DNA of 63,504 nt, the filler included, from Fonticula-like sp. SCN 57-25 (lineage: Eukaryota), in assembly GCA_001724245.1 (NCBI GenBank). It is 11 parts of 11 records of this genome, joined end to end, with 100 filler letters (N's around TTAATTAATTAA, not from the genome) between each part and the next. Parts side by side here need not be neighbours in the genome. Positions count along the whole stretch, not along the records: positions 55,172 to 63,504 come from MEDX01000604.1; 10 more parts are not named here. The stretch is one strand, 5' to 3'. The stretch's first letter is position 1, and every line of letters begins with the position of its first letter. The notes below the pieces were generated by a model. It did not search any database and was not told the DNA's origin. It worked only from the letters and a program-made list of their open reading frames with translations. Made by a program: the position numbers and the translations under genes. Shown here in pieces: positions 59,922 to 63,504 of this stretch.

Positions 59922-60210
59922 TTTGCTTTCCACTGTAGGCTGTTGTTCCATTTGATTGAGTTTTATATTAACGCCGTCGGCATCTGTCGGCCAGGCATGA
60001 CAAGTAGTTGCAATAGAATTATTAGGAAATATAATACCATTACATGCCACCAACTGAGATATAAAGCGACTGGCGAGCGGTCAAAGAATGCTCACAAACG
60101 GCCCCGAAACATGTATTGATGAAAGAATTCGATGCGATCCACAGCGACCAATGGCAGTGCTTGGATCCATCCATAATAGTCCAACCGGCGCGCCTACGGC
60201 GACGACAGGG

Positions 60211-61722
60211 ATGGCGGCCCGGACACCGGCCGTGGTGCTCGCCCTAGCGTGCTGCATCGCGCTTGCGGTAGCACAAATATCCGAAAACAATTATTATAAT
60301 AGCCTCGGTCGGTTTGGTACGGCATCTGATGCAATCCCGCCTGGGCCGGTGCTAATCCTTGTTTCAGCTTGCCATGACGTTCAAGGCAACGAGCGGGGGA
60401 TCGCGTCGGACGGGGGCGCCACCTGTAGTTGTGACGTTGGGTTCTATAGCAGCGACCCCATGAATCCCACTTACGACTGCACTTTTGGGGCGTGCGCGTC
60501 GCCCGCCACCCTTGCCTTCTCGCAGGCGGATCCCTCCGGAGTGATCTTTTCGGCTTTTGCTGTCCAGAACAACGACAATGTGCAGTTCAGCTTTACGGCG
60601 GGAGTCGCCTCGGGGCGCCGTGTCATAAATGTCCGTCTGAACGATATGAGTGCGTCGCAAATAACGCGCACATCGGGTGGCTGCATGGATTACTACACTG
60701 TGCGCTTTTTCAACGTCGGGGAGAACTGGGGAACGCCGACCGCCGCCAACACGGTCGTTGTCTACATAGTGATCCACCTCGAGGAAAGACTTCCCGCGCT
60801 CGGCGGTCACCACCCTGTCCGCGAAGTTAGGTGGAAAAAGCCCTACGAAGTGTTCCCCTACGTTGGGAAAGCGGCATCGCCGTCATCGCTCAAGGTCGTC
60901 AGCCCCGTCGTGCTCGAGGCCGCGATCTCCCACGGCCATGCGACCCCTAGCGAGGTGCGCGTCACGGTCGCCGCCATGCTCGACCCTCCCTACTATCTCG
61001 CCCCCACATCCAACCCCGTCGCAAAAGTACGTTTCCCGATCCCTGTCGCGCCCCCCGTGCTCATCCCGGACTAGTACCCAGAGTATCTTGCCCCCTACGT
61101 TACCTTTTCCATCGAGCCCAAGAACGTCACCTGCGAGGCCGAGACTTGCCCCCAGTACTTTGAGCTGGTCATCGATCTCGGAGAATTTGCCGGCACCATT
61201 GACGGGCAGTATGAGCTGCTCTTTGACGCTCTCTGCGATGGCCCGAACTGCTTCGCCGGCGGCGCGGTTCCGATCGTCCCCTTTGAACTGAACCTCGGCT
61301 TCCTTCCAGAGCTCATTGCGCCCGAGCACGAATACACTATCGATCTGCGGCCCGACAAGCCGAGCGCCACGTACCGCGCGGACGAATCAGTCGTCTTTTC
61401 CGTTGTTGTCAACGGCCTCAGCGACATGGCCCCCCAGTTGCAAATCGATGGCGTCTTTGTCTTGCTCGGCGAATCAATGACGGACATCGAGCACATGGTG
61501 ACCATCGTGCCGGCCGAGCCGTACAACATTACTTTGCCGCTGATCGAGCTCGAGGCGGAGCTTCCTGCAATCTTGGGGAGGCCGTTTTATTTGAGGGTCG
61601 ACTTTAGCCTCCCGATGGTGGCCGCGAGGCGGCGCGACGTCCCGGTCAAGGTCAAGCGGTCGGCCACGAGAGAGATCCACTTTGAAGGCGCGAGCAACGA
61701 CGATCATCGGCTATGCATCTGA
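60211..61722 (+). CDS. Secreted paralog 2 of the same family, without the hydrophobic tail
   Basis: Signal peptide MAARTPAVVLALACCIALAVA. Shares CxCD[IV]G, RRV, CxDxY, EERLP, C-x3-C-xQxF, IDGx[WY] and RRR with paralog 1. Intron 61027-61074. Confidence 0.78.
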
Positions 61723-61939
61723 TTATGCATTTAGGCACTGTTTTATGGTTGTTTTGAGTGTGTTTATTTGATATTTCGTGTGTTGTTTGGTGCGCGCCTC
61801 TTTCAGGTTATTCGCATCTGTTTTTAGTATGATTGTATCTCTTGCATATATTGACGCTATTGTATTGTTCGCCAGAAATGTAGCGAGTTTTATCCCACAA
61901 TTCCATCCATAATAACCGTACATGACCACTTTACGATGA

Positions 61940-63504
61940 TTAACGTGATATCCCTTCGTCGCTCGGCGGCTGCGCGTCGCCCGCCTTTCTCCTCTTGTAA
62001 AACAGCACATACGCCGTCGCAGCCTACAACACATTAGAACCATAAAGCACTGCCATTGGCTGCGCACCATGACGTCAGCAGGGCTGGCCGGCGACACGCG
62101 ATCATCATCAAAGTAGTACCACGAAGCGCCGCCTTCGACTTCGCGCAGGCCATGAGCCGTATCTATGCACAGTTAGCTCCATGTTTACTATTATTCAAAT
62201 AGGAAAATGGCGCACAGTGACCACCACTCGTGCTTCCAAAGTGGTGCGAAACACCAAAAAGATCATAAATAGGCGCCTCTGCGCCGTCCTTGTCAAGCAC
62301 AAACTCGGACATGTCCAGCGACCTATCACACAGTCAGCGTATGAATTTTCACCCAATCACAGTGACGCACGAGAGCGGGTAATCAACAGGTGTCGCGAGC
62401 TTTGACCGCATAAGCGACGAAAGGTAATGCTGCGACCTTCCAGAAGAAAAGCGCTTCAAGTGAATGATGAGGACCGGCGGGAGTGACCAAAGCTGCAGCT
62501 GCTTGGAAGCAGAGCGGTGCGTCTTGCAGTCGGAGCAGTACCACGCGTTCTCGTCTTCGAGGAGTTCTTGTTCAAAGGAGAGGTGCATGCAGTCGCTGAG
62601 GGAGACGCGCGTCGGCGGCGGAACATCATACTTGATCACATAATCCTAGAAAGGGGTAGAAAAAGAAGCAAAAGTAGAGAAAAAAGTAAAAAGAAGGACC
62701 AGAAAGTAAAGAAATGGGTACCAAACAGACATGAAAATGGTACAAAATGGACAGAAAGTAACAGAAAAAGGTACCAAACAAACAATAAAGTTGATTGAAA
62801 ATAACCAAAATTGAGCCAAAATTCCATTATTACTGTGCCTTCGTACCCTTGCCTTTGAAAAGTCATAGTACTCGACCATATCCTTGTGGTCCCAATCAGC
62901 AGTGAGCCCAAGCAACCCCGGCGCACTCACCTCAATCGCCACTTCCTCTTCCATCGCCACCACTTGTCCATTCCTCGCAAACCGCACCGGGAAACATCCC
63001 TCTTGCCCCCACTTTTCCCCCCTTTCATCCCTAATATTCCTCGCCACTCCCTCGACAAACCCCTTTTTAATCCTCGCCGGCGTGAGCCCCTCTTCCCCCC
63101 TCACGACCGCCACCCACGGCTGACCAAACGCGCTGTACCGCGCATAGCACGTCAGCCTATGGTTACTGTCGCGCTCCCTGCACGTGTCGCTGCAGTACCC
63201 AACTGCCCTGCACTTTTCGCACGGCGTGAGCGGCTGGCTCGTCTGGCTGCACTCGTAGCAGTAGTAAATGTCTGACCCGAGCGAGCGATTCACAGCGACA
63301 ACAACAACACTATTATCTCCAAACGGGTCGTCGGCCACTTCAAAGGCGTGCAGCATTTGTGTGGTTTTGATGACGTCACCGGGCTTGTAGATGACGTCGA
63401 CGCTACCGTTGTCGTGCTCGAGCAGGACGAGGCGGTCGGGGTGCACGCCGGGCGAGGCGGCGGCGATGGCGGCGCACACGTGGCGCGCGGTCGGCTCGCG
63501 CTGC
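61940..63504 (-). CDS. USP deubiquitinase with an internal MYND zinc finger (USP19-like), C-terminal part
   Basis: CYEC..CEKC...YCSDTC...HRLTC, WYCSDCKTH, LWSLPPVLIIHLKRF, HFGSTSGGH|Y, WYYFDDDRV, AYVLFY. Confidence 0.85.

Overview
This is eukaryotic nuclear DNA, not one locus. It holds 11 contigs (nine complete ones of 5.3-6.2 kb, plus two cut by the window edges) joined by artificial 100-nt linkers (44 N + TTAATTAATTAA + 44 N), so adjacency across a linker has no biological meaning. The genome is compact and GC-rich, with mostly 45-70 nt GT(A/G)CG...CTRAY...YAG introns and very short divergent promoters. About 35 protein genes are recognisable, including RPC1, a PITAIRE CTD kinase, USP25/28-like, ARP4, SET2 C-terminus, DDB1, Egt1, HACL1, MCM2, USP10, RFWD3, WRAP53, Srp1-like, TMEM243, EMC1, TBC1D5, an Atf1-like bZIP, NAA25, PHO8 and RNase H1. 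There is also a U12 minor-spliceosome snRNA. The mix of fungal hallmarks and genes absent from yeasts suggests an early-diverging fungus or other holomycotan (inference). The most notable observations are: an ADAMTS-type protease built as a single-pass receptor with a cytoplasmic SH3; a tandem pair of secreted proteins with a ZP-module-like layout (one GPI-type, one soluble); the U12 snRNA; a 62-bp promoter-proximal repeat; a poison cassette exon in the SR-protein gene; and an intron-containing DNRLRE/CBM96-EGF gene. All identifications come from motif recognition by eye; no searches were run.
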